DNA of 64,000 bases from Hyphomonadaceae bacterium (GTDB taxonomy: Bacteria; Pseudomonadota; Alphaproteobacteria; Caulobacterales; Hyphomonadaceae): NCBI GenBank assembly GCA_024743315.1, contig JANSWU010000004.1:323106-387105 (forward strand), in the 5' to 3' direction. Positions within the stretch are counted from its first letter, which is position 1; the number at the start of each line of letters is the position of its first letter. This document shows positions 27,511 to 37,721 of this stretch, in pieces. The translations under genes were made by a program, and so were the position numbers. The notes under the pieces were generated by a model. It made no database searches. It was not told the DNA's origin and saw only the letters and a list, made by a program, of their open reading frames with translations.

Positions 27511-27720
27511 GTTGAAGCCCCTTTTTTCTAAGCTTGCCCCCACCTAGAACCCTGTTTTGAAATTAAAAACTGGCCTTTCTGACGCGCGGGGACATGCCGC
27601 GCGGCACAGGCGCTCACCTGCGTATTTTCCCGGAGTGACGCGTCGGTTCGACAATGCCAAACGAACAGAATCCACGCTTTCGAGCCGAGGCCTCTTCACA
27701 TTTCCCCACAAACCCCCAAA

Positions 27721-28209
27721 ATGGCGCCCATGGCCCACACGCACGCGCATTCTCACGCCAATACGCCTTGCAGCCCGCAAGAGGCAGAAGCCTTTCTGTT
27801 GGAGGCTGAGCAATTGGTCACCGCCAAAGGACAAAAGCTGACGCCCATAAGGCGCAAAGTCCTGCACCTCTTACTGGAGAGCGAAGAACCGGCAAAAGCC
27901 TATGATTTGCTCGCTAATCTCGATGGAGAAGGCGCCGCAAAACCTCCAACCGTCTATCGCGCGCTCGATTTTCTTCAGGAGATGGGCCTGGCACACAAGA
28001 TTGAAAGCCTGAACGCTTATGTCGCCTGTGGTCATACCAAGCATGCGCACTCGGCGGTCTTTCTGATTTGCCAGAGCTGCGGTGGTGCCGAAGAGCTGCA
28101 TGCGGTGGAAACCAGCGATTCCCTCGCGCACGAAACCGAAGCGGCGGGATTCACTATTCAGAATGCGGTTATCGAAGCACGCGGCATTTGCAGGAATTGT
28201 AAAACATGA
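27721..28209 (+). CDS. Zur-like Fur-family regulator
   Basis: His-rich N-terminus, KPPTVYRALDFL, HKIESLNAYVAC, FLICQSCG, C-terminal CRNC. Confidence 0.9.
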   Translation: MAPMAHTHAHSHANTPCSPQEAEAFLLEAEQLVTAKGQKLTPIRRKVLHLLLESEEPAKAYDLLANLDGEGAAKPPTVYRALDFLQEMGLAHKIESLNAYVACGHTKHAHSAVFLICQSCGGAEELHAVETSDSLAHETEAAGFTIQNAVIEARGICRNCKT

Positions 28210-29129
28210 TCCCATTGTGGAGCGGCATCGCCAACACCTGGGACTGCGATGAGATGGGGCACATGAATGTCCGCGTCTATGTCGAAAAGGCGATGGAAGG
28301 TCTGGGCAGTTTTGCCGGCGCGATCCAGATGCCGCATGCGTTTCGTCCCAATGCGCCGTCTACGCTCCTGCCCGCCGAACACCACATTCGCTATATTCGC
28401 GAAACGCATCCTGGAAAGCCCTTAAGGATGACGGGGTGCGTGTTGGAGTGGGATGAAACCAGCGCCTTAATCTACCAGGATATGCGCCATGGCGACGGGT
28501 CGCCCGCCGCCGCCTTTCGCACGCGCGTATTGCATGTCGATGCGCGGTCGGGAAAACCGTTTCCATGGAGCACGCGGTCTCGTGCCCAACTGGAAGCGCT
28601 CATCGACACGCCGCCGAATGAAACCAAGCCACGGGGTCTCGATCCAGACGTCACGCCAATTCCGTCGAGCATGGCGACTTTGGCGCAGGTCGAAAAAACC
28701 GGCGCGCCAGAAATTGGGCGCGGTATGGTTTTGCCGAAAGAGTGTGATGTCTTCGGCCGGTTCTGGGCACCCTGGTTCATGGGCCGGATATCTGACTCGG
28801 TTCCGACCCTGCTATTCGATTGGCGCAGCAAAGTCGCCTCGTCTCAAGACGGTGCGCGCATGGGCGGCGCTGTGCTGGAATACCGTCTAATCTATCGCAA
28901 ATGGCCACGCGCGGGCGATCGATACGTGATCCATACCAGCCTCGCTGACGTCGCCGAAAAAACTCATTCTCTGTCGCATTGGGTGCTCAACCCGGACACG
29001 GGTGAGGCCTATATCACCTGCCAAGCCGTCGCCGTGACCTTTGACTTGGACAAGCGCAAAGTTATTCCAACGCCGCCGGAGCAAATCGCAGAACTCGAAA
29101 AACTCGCGCCGCGGGGATTGGTATTATAG
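28206..29129 (+). CDS. Double hot-dog thioesterase-family protein
   Basis: WDCDEMGHMNV and a second ECDVFGR repeat; ATGA overlap with the regulator. Confidence 0.82.
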   Translation: MIPLWSGIANTWDCDEMGHMNVRVYVEKAMEGLGSFAGAIQMPHAFRPNAPSTLLPAEHHIRYIRETHPGKPLRMTGCVLEWDETSALIYQDMRHGDGSPAAAFRTRVLHVDARSGKPFPWSTRSRAQLEALIDTPPNETKPRGLDPDVTPIPSSMATLAQVEKTGAPEIGRGMVLPKECDVFGRFWAPWFMGRISDSVPTLLFDWRSKVASSQDGARMGGAVLEYRLIYRKWPRAGDRYVIHTSLADVAEKTHSLSHWVLNPDTGEAYITCQAVAVTFDLDKRKVIPTPPEQIAELEKLAPRGLVL

Positions 29130-29136
29130 AGCTGAT

Positions 29137-30129
29137 ATGACCAGTCCAGACCCAGCCAGACGCATTCTCCTGCTCGGGGCCAGTGGAACGATTGGGATGG
29201 CGACCGCAAAAGCCCTGCTCGAGCGGGATTATGAGGTCGTCTGCCTCATTCGAAGACAATCAGAAGAAGCGGCCAAAAGCCTGCAATCCAGCGGCGCGAT
29301 TGTGCGGCTTGGCGAAGTTTCGGATATCGCATCCCTGGCGCAGGATGGTTTTGCCGGTCAGGAATTTGACGCCGTCATTTCTTGTCTCGCGTCGCGCACG
29401 GGCGTGGCCAAAGATGCGTGGAAGATTGATTATAAGGCAAATGTCGATGCCTTGGCACTGGCAAAGCAGGCGGGCGTTCGCCAATTCATCTTGCTGTCGG
29501 CCATTTGCGTGCAAAAGCCGGTCCTCGCCTTTCAGCACGCCAAGCTCGCCTTTGAAGCCGAATTGGCCGCGTCCGGTCTCACCTATTCGATCGTCCGGCC
29601 AACCGCCTATTTCAAATCCCTGTCCGGCCAGATTGAACGGGTCAAAGCCGGCAAGCCCTTCATGGTGTTTGGGGATGGCACGCTCACCGCCTGCAAACCG
29701 ATCAGTGATGAAGATCTGGCAAATTATATTGCGGACTGCCTGACCCAGTCAGAGCGGCACAACAGGATCCTGCCGATTGGCGGGCCAGGCGAGGCCATGT
29801 CACCAAAACAGCAAGCGGAGTTTCTGTTTTCACTGATGGACAAGCCGGTGCGCATTCAAAACGTGCCGCCAGCAATGTTGAAATGGATCGCCCGCGTCCT
29901 GTCTGGCCTGTCGCGGATTATTCCGCCTCTGGCGGCACGCGCCGAATATGCCCGCATCGGACATTATTATGCGACTGAATCAATGTTGGTTTGGGACGCT
30001 GAATCGATGACCTATCGCGCCGACCTTACCCCTTCAACGGGCACCGTCACGCTGCTTGAGCACTACCGAGACCTAGTATCGGCCGAACCGGACAAACAGC
30101 GTCTGGAAGCTCAGTCTTCCACCATCTGA
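29137..30129 (+). CDS. BciA-like NAD(P)H-dependent divinyl-chlorophyllide 8-vinyl reductase family (atypical SDR)
   Basis: GASGTIG, VISCLASRTG, WKIDY, LLSAICVQKP..AFQHAKLAFE, SIVRPTAYFKSL, CKPIS, IGHYYATESML. Confidence 0.8.
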   Translation: MTSPDPARRILLLGASGTIGMATAKALLERDYEVVCLIRRQSEEAAKSLQSSGAIVRLGEVSDIASLAQDGFAGQEFDAVISCLASRTGVAKDAWKIDYKANVDALALAKQAGVRQFILLSAICVQKPVLAFQHAKLAFEAELAASGLTYSIVRPTAYFKSLSGQIERVKAGKPFMVFGDGTLTACKPISDEDLANYIADCLTQSERHNRILPIGGPGEAMSPKQQAEFLFSLMDKPVRIQNVPPAMLKWIARVLSGLSRIIPPLAARAEYARIGHYYATESMLVWDAESMTYRADLTPSTGTVTLLEHYRDLVSAEPDKQRLEAQSSTI

Positions 30130-30371
30130 TCGCGATAGAGATTATTCGCCATCTGTTGGCGGTGATAGGTGGTGGATACCCGATGGACTGAACAATCCGG
30201 CGTGCCTAATGTCGAGTATTCAGACGCCATCATGTCCTGATTACAGGACACCGCGTGCATCCCCTTTAACACAACCGCTTCAAAATAAGTATCTGAGGCA
30301 GCCCCCGCTGCGCCGAGCACAAAAAAGCTCAAGAATCCGCACGCCATCAGTGCGGCTATTCGATCCTGCAT
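30111..30371 (-). CDS. Small hypothetical exported protein
   Basis: N-terminal hydrophobic segment; fills the gap downstream of the hydrolase. Confidence 0.4.
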   Translation of the reverse strand: MQDRIAALMACGFLSFFVLGAAGAASDTYFEAVVLKGMHAVSCNQDMMASEYSTLGTPDCSVHRVSTTYHRQQMANNLYRDQMVED

Positions 30372-30445
30372 ACTCTCTCTCCCTGGACCCAGAGAGCAAA
30401 AGATTAACGAATTGTCAAAATTTATTTTCGCGTTCTGCGCGAATT

Positions 30446-31408
30446 CTATATGCTGCGCAGCGAACGTTTGACGGCCCCCACCTCTTCCTCGCCGAGACCT
30501 TCGATCAGCCGCGAGATATAGGTCGAGAGCTGGTCGCGCACGTCATATGGCGCTTCCATCGGCAAGAAATGTGTGGTGTTCACCCGCTCTTTCAGAACTA
30601 AGTGCGGACATTTCTTGACCAGGCGCGCCGCGGTTTCATCGGTCATCACAGAGTCACGGTCCGGGCGCAAAACCGTAATCGGAATATTGTGCTTGCGGAC
30701 CTTGGCCAGCGCGCCCCAGGGACGGTTACGCTGTGCCATGAAGGTCGCGGCTTCCCATTTTGGATCACACAGCAATTGCCAGACTTGATGATCGCTATCG
30801 GGGTCATTGCCATCGGTGCGGTCAAACGCATCGAGTATATAGTCTTCGAGAAACGGATCACGCCAAGTCGAGAACGCGCCTCGACCCTTATACTTGTACT
30901 GAATATGCTCGCGGGAATCGAATTTGTTGCGACGCCGACGAGCCTGTTTCGCCATATGATGACTGCCGCGCGCGAGCCCGAACGGGATGAGATGCATGGC
31001 CATATAATAGCTGGCGGGCAGGATTACCGGATCGACCAGAACCAGGCCTGCAACTTTGTCGGGCCGAGCACCGGCGACCATTAAAGCCACCGTGCCGCCC
31101 ATGGAATGCCCGCCAAGAACCACTGGCGAGACCGGCGACTCGCGATCGAGAAAAGCGATCAGATCGTCGCGATAGCGCTTCCAGGATTTCAGAGACCCTG
31201 GCTTGGCGGGCAGGGTCGATCGGCCATGTCCCCTGAGATCGACCGCCTGTACTTTGGTGCGCAATCCGAGCGGCGCCAGAATCGATTGATACGTCATCGC
31301 GTTGAAGCCCGTGGCATGGACCCAAAGCGCAGCGAGTTTCTTTGCAGGATCGCCGAACTCCAGAGCGGCCATATCGCCTTCAGGAGTCTCGAATGTGAAG
31401 CGACGCAT
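30446..31408 (-). CDS. Alpha/beta hydrolase
   Basis: HATGF, DLRGHG, GHSMGG, THFLPME. Confidence 0.9.
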   Translation of the reverse strand: MRRFTFETPEGDMAALEFGDPAKKLAALWVHATGFNAMTYQSILAPLGLRTKVQAVDLRGHGRSTLPAKPGSLKSWKRYRDDLIAFLDRESPVSPVVLGGHSMGGTVALMVAGARPDKVAGLVLVDPVILPASYYMAMHLIPFGLARGSHHMAKQARRRRNKFDSREHIQYKYKGRGAFSTWRDPFLEDYILDAFDRTDGNDPDSDHQVWQLLCDPKWEAATFMAQRNRPWGALAKVRKHNIPITVLRPDRDSVMTDETAARLVKKCPHLVLKERVNTTHFLPMEAPYDVRDQLSTYISRLIEGLGEEEVGAVKRSLRSI

Positions 31409-31422
31409 GCTTTGCCTTTACT

Positions 31423-32163
31423 CTAACCGAATACTCTACGGAGAAGCTCTGTTGTCCGGGCCACCGGATTGTCTCTGATTTTCTTCTCTTCAACTGCGAG
31501 ATAGGTGAACAGACCATCAAGGCCAAATTGGACCGCATATGTGGTTAAATCAGATTTGTAATCTGTGGCAGCCACAGCGAGCAGCGGTTGACTCGACGTG
31601 ACGCTGTCGAGGGCGCGATAGGCCCCGGAAGATTCCAGCGCATCCTGAACATAAGGCGTAAACGTCTGGCGCAGACTGGCTTCGGTTCGGCCACGCAGGA
31701 AGTCGGTGGCCGCGCTGTCTCCGCCGCGCAGGATCCCGAGCGCATCTTCAATCGTGATCGACTGGACCGCATCAATGACAATCCGCTTGCCGGCCGGAAC
31801 GGCATCTTCGGCGGCCCGGTTCATGCGCAATTGCAAATCATCCAGAGGACCGGACAGACCGACCTTGGACAACTCCCCTTGAACCTGGCCGAGCCGTCCC
31901 GGCAGCGGGATCTGGATCTGAGGGTCTTTCCAATAGCCATCGGTGACGCCGATTTGTGCCGCGACGCGCTCGGTGCCGATTTCGAGGGCTTGGCGCAAGC
32001 CGGCATCGATCTCTGCCAAGGTCAGCTCACCACTCGGCGATTGCGCGCCTTCAATCCCGCCAAGCACGTCGCCCAAGACCTGTCCGAAATCCCCGCTGGC
32101 ACCGGTTTCACAACCTGCTGGTAGAATAGTCAGGGCCAAAGCCCCCATGATCATGATCCGCAT
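31423..32163 (-). CDS. DUF4197-family lipoprotein
   Basis: GLRQALEIG, MNRAAEDAVP, DGLFTYLAVEEKKIRDNPVARTTELLRRVFG. Confidence 0.9.
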   Translation of the reverse strand: MRIMIMGALALTILPAGCETGASGDFGQVLGDVLGGIEGAQSPSGELTLAEIDAGLRQALEIGTERVAAQIGVTDGYWKDPQIQIPLPGRLGQVQGELSKVGLSGPLDDLQLRMNRAAEDAVPAGKRIVIDAVQSITIEDALGILRGGDSAATDFLRGRTEASLRQTFTPYVQDALESSGAYRALDSVTSSQPLLAVAATDYKSDLTTYAVQFGLDGLFTYLAVEEKKIRDNPVARTTELLRRVFG

Positions 32164-32290
32164 AGAATTTCCCTCACCGATTGCAGCACTCAAACAAGAT
32201 TTGCCCGTCAAATCAAACAGTTAACTGCTTATCGCTGGGGCAGTCTGGCGAATGTAGCGCGCTTGCGGTAGTTTAGCGAGAGATTTGGAG

Positions 32291-33151
32291 ATGACAGAGA
32301 TGCTTAAGAAAACGCACGAATGCTTCACGGTGTCGGTGGAAGACAAAATTGCCCATATCGTGTTGAACCGGCCGCAAGCTATGAATGCGATGAACAAAGC
32401 GTTCTGGAATGAGTTGCCGGCCATCGTCAAAGAAATCGATGCCAGCGCCGCCGCGCGCGTGATTGTCATCTCCTCCACCGGTAAGCATTTTTCGGCCGGA
32501 ATGGACCTCTCGGTCTTTGGCGATGATGGCTCCGTCAAGCATGGCAAGACCGACCGCCATGTTGCGGCCGAAGCGTTTCGCTCGAACATCAAACAGATCC
32601 AGTCGTCTTTCAACGCACTGGAAGAGGCCCGCATGCCGGTCCTGATTGCCTGCCAGGGCGGCGTCATCGGCGGCGCGATCGATATGATTTCCGCTGGCGA
32701 CATTCGCTGGTGCACCCAAGACGCCTTCTTCTGCATTCAGGAAACCAATATCGCGATGACCGCAGATGTCGGCACGTTCCCGCGTTTGCAGCGTTACATT
32801 CCAGAAGGCTGGGTCAAGCAGATGGCTTATACGGGTGAACGCCTCGGCGCCGCCAAGGCCAAGGAAATCGGCCTCGTCAATGACGTGTTCGACAGCCATG
32901 AAGCGATGATGGAACATGTCATGGGCGTCGCCCGCGAAATCGCCTCAAAGAATCCGATCGCGGTGACCGGATGCAAGGTCCTGATCAATTATGGCCGAGA
33001 TCATTCGACTGCAGATACGCTCGATTATATCGGCGTTTGGAATTCCGGCATGCTGCCACCTTCGCACATGCAGGAAGCCTTTGCGGCAAAAGCCGAGAAA
33101 CGCGATCCGGACTTCCCCGATCTGCTGCCCTTGCGAACGACACCGATGTAG
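32291..33151 (+). CDS. Enoyl-CoA hydratase/crotonase
   Basis: FSAGMDL, GGVIGGA, ETNIAMTADVGT. Confidence 0.93.
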   Translation: MTEMLKKTHECFTVSVEDKIAHIVLNRPQAMNAMNKAFWNELPAIVKEIDASAAARVIVISSTGKHFSAGMDLSVFGDDGSVKHGKTDRHVAAEAFRSNIKQIQSSFNALEEARMPVLIACQGGVIGGAIDMISAGDIRWCTQDAFFCIQETNIAMTADVGTFPRLQRYIPEGWVKQMAYTGERLGAAKAKEIGLVNDVFDSHEAMMEHVMGVAREIASKNPIAVTGCKVLINYGRDHSTADTLDYIGVWNSGMLPPSHMQEAFAAKAEKRDPDFPDLLPLRTTPM

Positions 33152-33162
33152 CGGCGCGTCGC

Positions 33163-33498
33163 TCAGGCGATCCGGAATACGACAGTTGCTTTCAAAAGAT
33201 GCCGATCGCCCTGGCTGGCGAGCCCGCTGGCAAACACCAAAGTGCGGGTCTTGCGATCAATCCGGCTTTCAAAGCGGACATCCGATCCACTTATGGCCTC
33301 AGACGAGGCATCAAATGTGACCGAAACCGTATGCAGGCTGCCATCGTCCAACAGGGTCGATGCGTGGTTCTGCACCACGGCCTGCAACAAGACGCCAACC
33401 TGAACGACGTCCCAGGCCTCGGCAGTGGCGGTCGCAACCGCATCGCTTTCAAAGGTCAATGCGCTGAGCGGGATGACTTGATCTTCAAGTTTCGACAT
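33163..33498 (-). CDS. Small hypothetical protein (possible hot-dog fold)
   Basis: RIDRKTRTLVFASG...LLKATVVFRI resembles PaaI-type C-terminal strands. Confidence 0.55.
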   Translation of the reverse strand: MSKLEDQVIPLSALTFESDAVATATAEAWDVVQVGVLLQAVVQNHASTLLDDGSLHTVSVTFDASSEAISGSDVRFESRIDRKTRTLVFASGLASQGDRHLLKATVVFRIA

Positions 33499-33590
33499 GC
33501 CCCTCCCCTAGTCGGGCACCACGCAAAAGAAAAGGCTCACCGCGCGAGAACGCGGCGAGCCGTGGAATAGGAACCTGGTCTGGTCAGGAA

Positions 33591-34016
33591 TTAAGCGGCA
33601 GCAGCAGCATCCTGCTTGGCCGTCAACATATCGGCAACCACGAGATCGCCGAGATGGCCGAACGCTTCCATGCCGTAAGTAATCTGCATGTATTTGCTGA
33701 TCGCCGGCAGGAGTTGAGAGATTTGTTTGTGCCCAAGACCGGCTTTGTGAAGGCTGGTGAACATGCCTTCACCGACGTGACGGCGTCCACCCGGGGTTTG
33801 CTCAATCAAGCGCGCGATGATGCTCGTCGCGGCGCCCTGATCCGCCCCAGTCGTCGCAGACAGCGTGCGCGCACCCGGCATTTTTCGGAATATCGCTTCG
33901 GCCAGCGGAGAGCCTTGGCGCTCTGCTGTGTTGAGGACGATGCCGAGCGCCTCGCGCGTTTTGGCTTGCGTCAGGCCGGTGGATTCCGCGCAGGTTTTGA
34001 TCAGGTTTTTGAGCAC
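33591..34016 (-). CDS. Conserved helical hypothetical protein (DUF2267/DUF2780-like)
   Basis: LIKTCAESTGLTQAKTREALGIVL pattern. Confidence 0.6.
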   Translation of the reverse strand: MLKNLIKTCAESTGLTQAKTREALGIVLNTAERQGSPLAEAIFRKMPGARTLSATTGADQGAATSIIARLIEQTPGGRRHVGEGMFTSLHKAGLGHKQISQLLPAISKYMQITYGMEAFGHLGDLVVADMLTAKQDAAAAA

Positions 34017-34176
34017 GTGCAGGTTCCTTCTTATCGATCTTGAAGGCTGAGCCTATCTCACGCGTATTGCCCGAAAGTTACCAGAAGCCGCTGATTCGTT
34101 CACTTTCGAGCAGAAGTGGTTAAGCCGCGTTAGGGCCGGGTAAACAAAACCGGCCTTTTGGTTAACCTTTGGTGCC

Positions 34177-35982
34177 TTACATCCGCTCTGGCGCGGTGAT
34201 CCCAAGAATTCCGAGCCCGGCTTCCAATTGGTGCAACACCGCCTGACAGAGACCCAGCCGAGAGGCGCGCGTCGCGGCGGGAACATCCTCTTTCAGGATG
34301 GGACACGCTGAATAGAAGGCGCTGAAGGCCTGCGCCAGCGTATAAACATGTTCGCAGACATAATGCGGCATGCGTTTTTCACGGGCCAGTCGCAAGGCCA
34401 GAGCAAACCCATCCAAGGCAAGGACGAGTTTGCGCTCTTCCGGCGCATCGATGGCAATCTCTCCGGCCGACTTTCCTTCCTCTGCCGCCCGGCGCAGGAT
34501 CGCTTTGATCCGCACCGCTGCATAAAGAAGGTACGGCCCTGTCTTCCCTTCGAAACTGGTGAAGCGCTCAAGGTCGAACACGTAATTTGTCGTGCGCTGG
34601 TTCTGCAAGTCGGCAAAACGCAAGGCGGCTCGCGCGACGAGCTCACCAATCCTGGCTTTCTCCACCGCGTCAATGTCACCAGACAGACCTGCTTCGCCGA
34701 TCCGTTTGGTCGCCTCTTCGAGCGCCATGGCGTTGAGGTCAGACAGCCGAAGCGTCCCGCCCTCGCGGGTTTTAAACGGTTTGCCGTCCGTGCCGTTGAC
34801 GGTGCCAAAACCAAGATGCTCGAGCCGGTCCTGGCTGATATAGCCGACTTTATCGGCGGCGCGGAACACTTGCTCAAAATGCAGCGCCTGGCGCTGATCC
34901 ACGACATATAAGATGCGATCCGGATCGATCGTCTCCATGCGATCCTTGATCGTCGCAAGATCGGTGGCGTGATACCCGGTTGCCCCGCGCGAATTGACCA
35001 GCATGAAAGGCGGCATCGGGTTTTTCAGCCGCGGCTGGCCATCCTTGCCGACGGCTTCCACATTCTCACCGTCTCGGGCAATGTCGATGATCCAGGCACC
35101 ATCATCCTCGGTCGCGTATCCGTCTGACTTCAAGGCCTCGATCATTGGCGCGATCAGCGGATCGACATCGCTCTCGCCCTTCCACAGGTCAAACGCCACA
35201 TCAAGGAAGCCATAATCGACTTTCAGAGCGGTGACGGACACGTCAATAAAATGCTGGAGCAAAGCCCGATATCCGGGCCGTCCGGCCTGCATTTCGGCAA
35301 CTGCGTCCTGGGCCCGTTTGGCATAGGCCGCGTTGTCCTTGGACCGCGCTGACGCCATAGGATACAGCCGGGACAGGTCATCCATGGTGACCGGCGGATC
35401 TGACGGATAGGGGCCGGATTGGCCTGCATCGAAATAGATCAGGTCCGGCTGTTCATCCATGACCGCAATGATCAGGAGGCCCATTTGCAGGCCCCAATCG
35501 CCGAGATGCACATCGCCGGTGACTTTATCGCCGAGGAAGCGCAGCAAGCGCACCAATGTATCGCCAATCACCGCCGACCGGATATGACCGACATGCATGG
35601 GTTTGGCGACATTTGGTCCACCAAAATCGACAATGACATTTTCTGGATCGGGTGCGGCGCCCCCGCCGGCACGCGGATCATTGGCGATAAAGCCAGCCTG
35701 TTTCGCCAGCGCTTCAGCGCCGACTGTAATGTTCAAAAATCCTGGGCCTGCAACATCCACGCGATCCACGGCATCATGTGCGGCAATACGCGGGGCGATT
35801 TTCGCTGCCAATTCACGCGGGTTCATGCCCGCCTGTTTGGCCGCCCCCATACAGCCATTGCACTGAAAATCTGCCAGCTCCGGGCGATCCGATTGTTTCA
35901 CCGCGCCCCATCGCGCTTCCAGGCCTTCGGCTACAAACGCGGCACTGCACGCGGCCGCCAATTGCGTCGCGAGATCTGTCAT
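34177..35982 (-). CDS. argS: Arginine--tRNA ligase
   Basis: PNVAKPMHVGHIRS (HIGH), GDWGLQMG, KPFKTREG, FEGKTGPYLLY. Confidence 0.97.
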   Translation of the reverse strand: MTDLATQLAAACSAAFVAEGLEARWGAVKQSDRPELADFQCNGCMGAAKQAGMNPRELAAKIAPRIAAHDAVDRVDVAGPGFLNITVGAEALAKQAGFIANDPRAGGGAAPDPENVIVDFGGPNVAKPMHVGHIRSAVIGDTLVRLLRFLGDKVTGDVHLGDWGLQMGLLIIAVMDEQPDLIYFDAGQSGPYPSDPPVTMDDLSRLYPMASARSKDNAAYAKRAQDAVAEMQAGRPGYRALLQHFIDVSVTALKVDYGFLDVAFDLWKGESDVDPLIAPMIEALKSDGYATEDDGAWIIDIARDGENVEAVGKDGQPRLKNPMPPFMLVNSRGATGYHATDLATIKDRMETIDPDRILYVVDQRQALHFEQVFRAADKVGYISQDRLEHLGFGTVNGTDGKPFKTREGGTLRLSDLNAMALEEATKRIGEAGLSGDIDAVEKARIGELVARAALRFADLQNQRTTNYVFDLERFTSFEGKTGPYLLYAAVRIKAILRRAAEEGKSAGEIAIDAPEERKLVLALDGFALALRLAREKRMPHYVCEHVYTLAQAFSAFYSACPILKEDVPAATRASRLGLCQAVLHQLEAGLGILGITAPERM

Positions 35983-36000
35983 GTCTTACCCCAACCCTGA

Positions 36001-36561
36001 CTATTGTCCCGCGTTTAAGCGGAACCGTCGCCCTTCTCGATTATACGTGAGCTGATCCTCGGTGAGATCGAAGCCGACCAGGACTTCAAAGTTTGCCGCA
36101 GAAACGGATTCATCGGCGCGCGGAATGAGAATGCGCTGGATCAGCTCACTCTCACCGGTGACCGGTCCGTCAGAGAAGTCTGCACTCACGGTAAAATGCT
36201 GTTTCTGCAGGACTTTGCCACTGCGCCGGGTCACCGCGATCCAGTAACCATAATCATGACGATTGCCGGTCGCGGCGGGTCCCTTTCCGAAGGCAAAGTC
36301 AATCTCGACTTCGGCCCGGACTGGATCCGTCCCGGCATAGCGACAATACAGGCGAACGCCGACAATCTCGCCCGTATATTCGACATTGCCGAAAACTTTT
36401 TCTTCGCCTTCAAAATCGACGATGCGCGATGCATTGTAGACCGCTCCGGCTGGAGGGCAGGTGCCGAGATTCTGGCGCGTATCAAACGCGTCGCCAATAC
36501 GCGACCCGGACTGACAGGCGCTGAGCGCCAAAAGAACCGTGGAAAGGGCGAGAATTCGCAT
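36001..36561 (-). CDS. Conserved hypothetical lipoprotein
   Basis: Lipobox LSAC at MRILALSTVLLALSAC; two further Cys; FEVLVGFDLT. Confidence 0.75.
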   Translation of the reverse strand: MRILALSTVLLALSACQSGSRIGDAFDTRQNLGTCPPAGAVYNASRIVDFEGEEKVFGNVEYTGEIVGVRLYCRYAGTDPVRAEVEIDFAFGKGPAATGNRHDYGYWIAVTRRSGKVLQKQHFTVSADFSDGPVTGESELIQRILIPRADESVSAANFEVLVGFDLTEDQLTYNREGRRFRLNAGQ

Positions 36562-36687
36562 ATGTGATGCCTTGTCACTCTTGGCCTCGTGCGCGAGGCT
36601 GTCCATGTTGAGCGCAGAGTGTTACCGGGGCATGGCAGGGCGCGCAACGCCCTATCTGCGTCGCAAGCATGAGGACACTGTAACGAT

Positions 36688-37629
36688 ATGAAACCGCTGA
36701 CCATTCTGCTTGCCGCGCCGCGCGGCTTTTGCGCTGGGGTCGACCGCGCTATTCAGATTGTTGAAGAGGCGCTGAGCAAATGGGGCGCGCCTGTCTATGT
36801 GAGACACGAGATCGTGCACAATCAGCATGTCGTTTCGCGGCTTGAGCATATGGGCGCAGTTTTCGTGGAAGAACTGGATGAATGTCCACAGGACCGTCCG
36901 GTCGTGTTCTCGGCTCATGGCGTGCCGAAATCGGTACCGGCGGCGGCCGAGGCGCGCGACATGATCTATGTCGATGCGACCTGCCCGCTGGTCTCGAAAG
37001 TCCATGTCGAGGCCGAACGGCACCATCGTGCCGGCCGCGAAATCGTTCTGATCGGACATGCTGGCCACCCGGAAGTCATTGGCACAATGGGGCAGCTCCC
37101 GGACGGCGGCATGCATTTGATCGAAACGGTCGAAGATGTGCAGACCTTCACACCGAAGGATCCGGATAATCTCGCTTTTGTCACGCAAACCACCCTTAGC
37201 GTCGATGATACAGCCGAGATTGTTGAGGCTCTGCAAAAGCGGTTTCCGGCGATCAGCGCGCCGCACAAGGAAGATATCTGCTACGCCACCACCAATCGTC
37301 AGGACGCGGTGAAAGTCATGGCGGAGCGCGCTGACCTCTTTCTGGTCATCGGCGCTGAGACCTCATCAAATTCCAAACGCTTGGTGGAAGTTGCCAAGCG
37401 CGCCGGATCTCAGGAGGCCAAATTGGTCGCCAGCGCGGAGAACATTGACTGGGCCTGGTTTGATGGCGTCGAGACGCTCGGTCTGACGGCGGGTGCCAGC
37501 GCTCCGGAAGACCTGGTGCAAGGGCTGATTGCGGCTTGTCGCGCAAGATTTGAGATCACGGTAGAGGAAGTTACGACCGCGACTGAAAGCGTTGTGTTCA
37601 AACTGCCGCGCGTGCTCGAACAGGCCTGA
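36688..37629 (+). CDS. ispH: 4-hydroxy-3-methylbut-2-enyl diphosphate reductase
   Basis: [49 protein letters not shown]. Confidence 0.97.
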   Translation: MKPLTILLAAPRGFCAGVDRAIQIVEEALSKWGAPVYVRHEIVHNQHVVSRLEHMGAVFVEELDECPQDRPVVFSAHGVPKSVPAAAEARDMIYVDATCPLVSKVHVEAERHHRAGREIVLIGHAGHPEVIGTMGQLPDGGMHLIETVEDVQTFTPKDPDNLAFVTQTTLSVDDTAEIVEALQKRFPAISAPHKEDICYATTNRQDAVKVMAERADLFLVIGAETSSNSKRLVEVAKRAGSQEAKLVASAENIDWAWFDGVETLGLTAGASAPEDLVQGLIAACRARFEITVEEVTTATESVVFKLPRVLEQA

Positions 37630-37721
37630 TTGAAGCCAATCGACAGGCGACCAATTGCGACTCGTTGAGCCCGGCTGTATAGCCCGCCGCAAGACCTTAA
37701 CTCCGCTTTTGAAAGCTCGCC

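Noticed and set aside
27550-27575. FNR/FixK box upstream of ompW
   Set aside because: ttgaaattaaaaac matches only the left half of TTGAT-N4-ATCAA.
32273-32917. Long antisense ORFs such as 32273-32917, 37410-38378, 4586-5524 and 55105-55839
   Set aside because: Typical high-GC shadow ORFs opposite well-supported genes.
34100-34170. CtrA box upstream of the 33591-34016 gene
   Set aside because: The spacing is TTAA-N6-TTAG, plus an isolated GGTTAACC; too weak to call.
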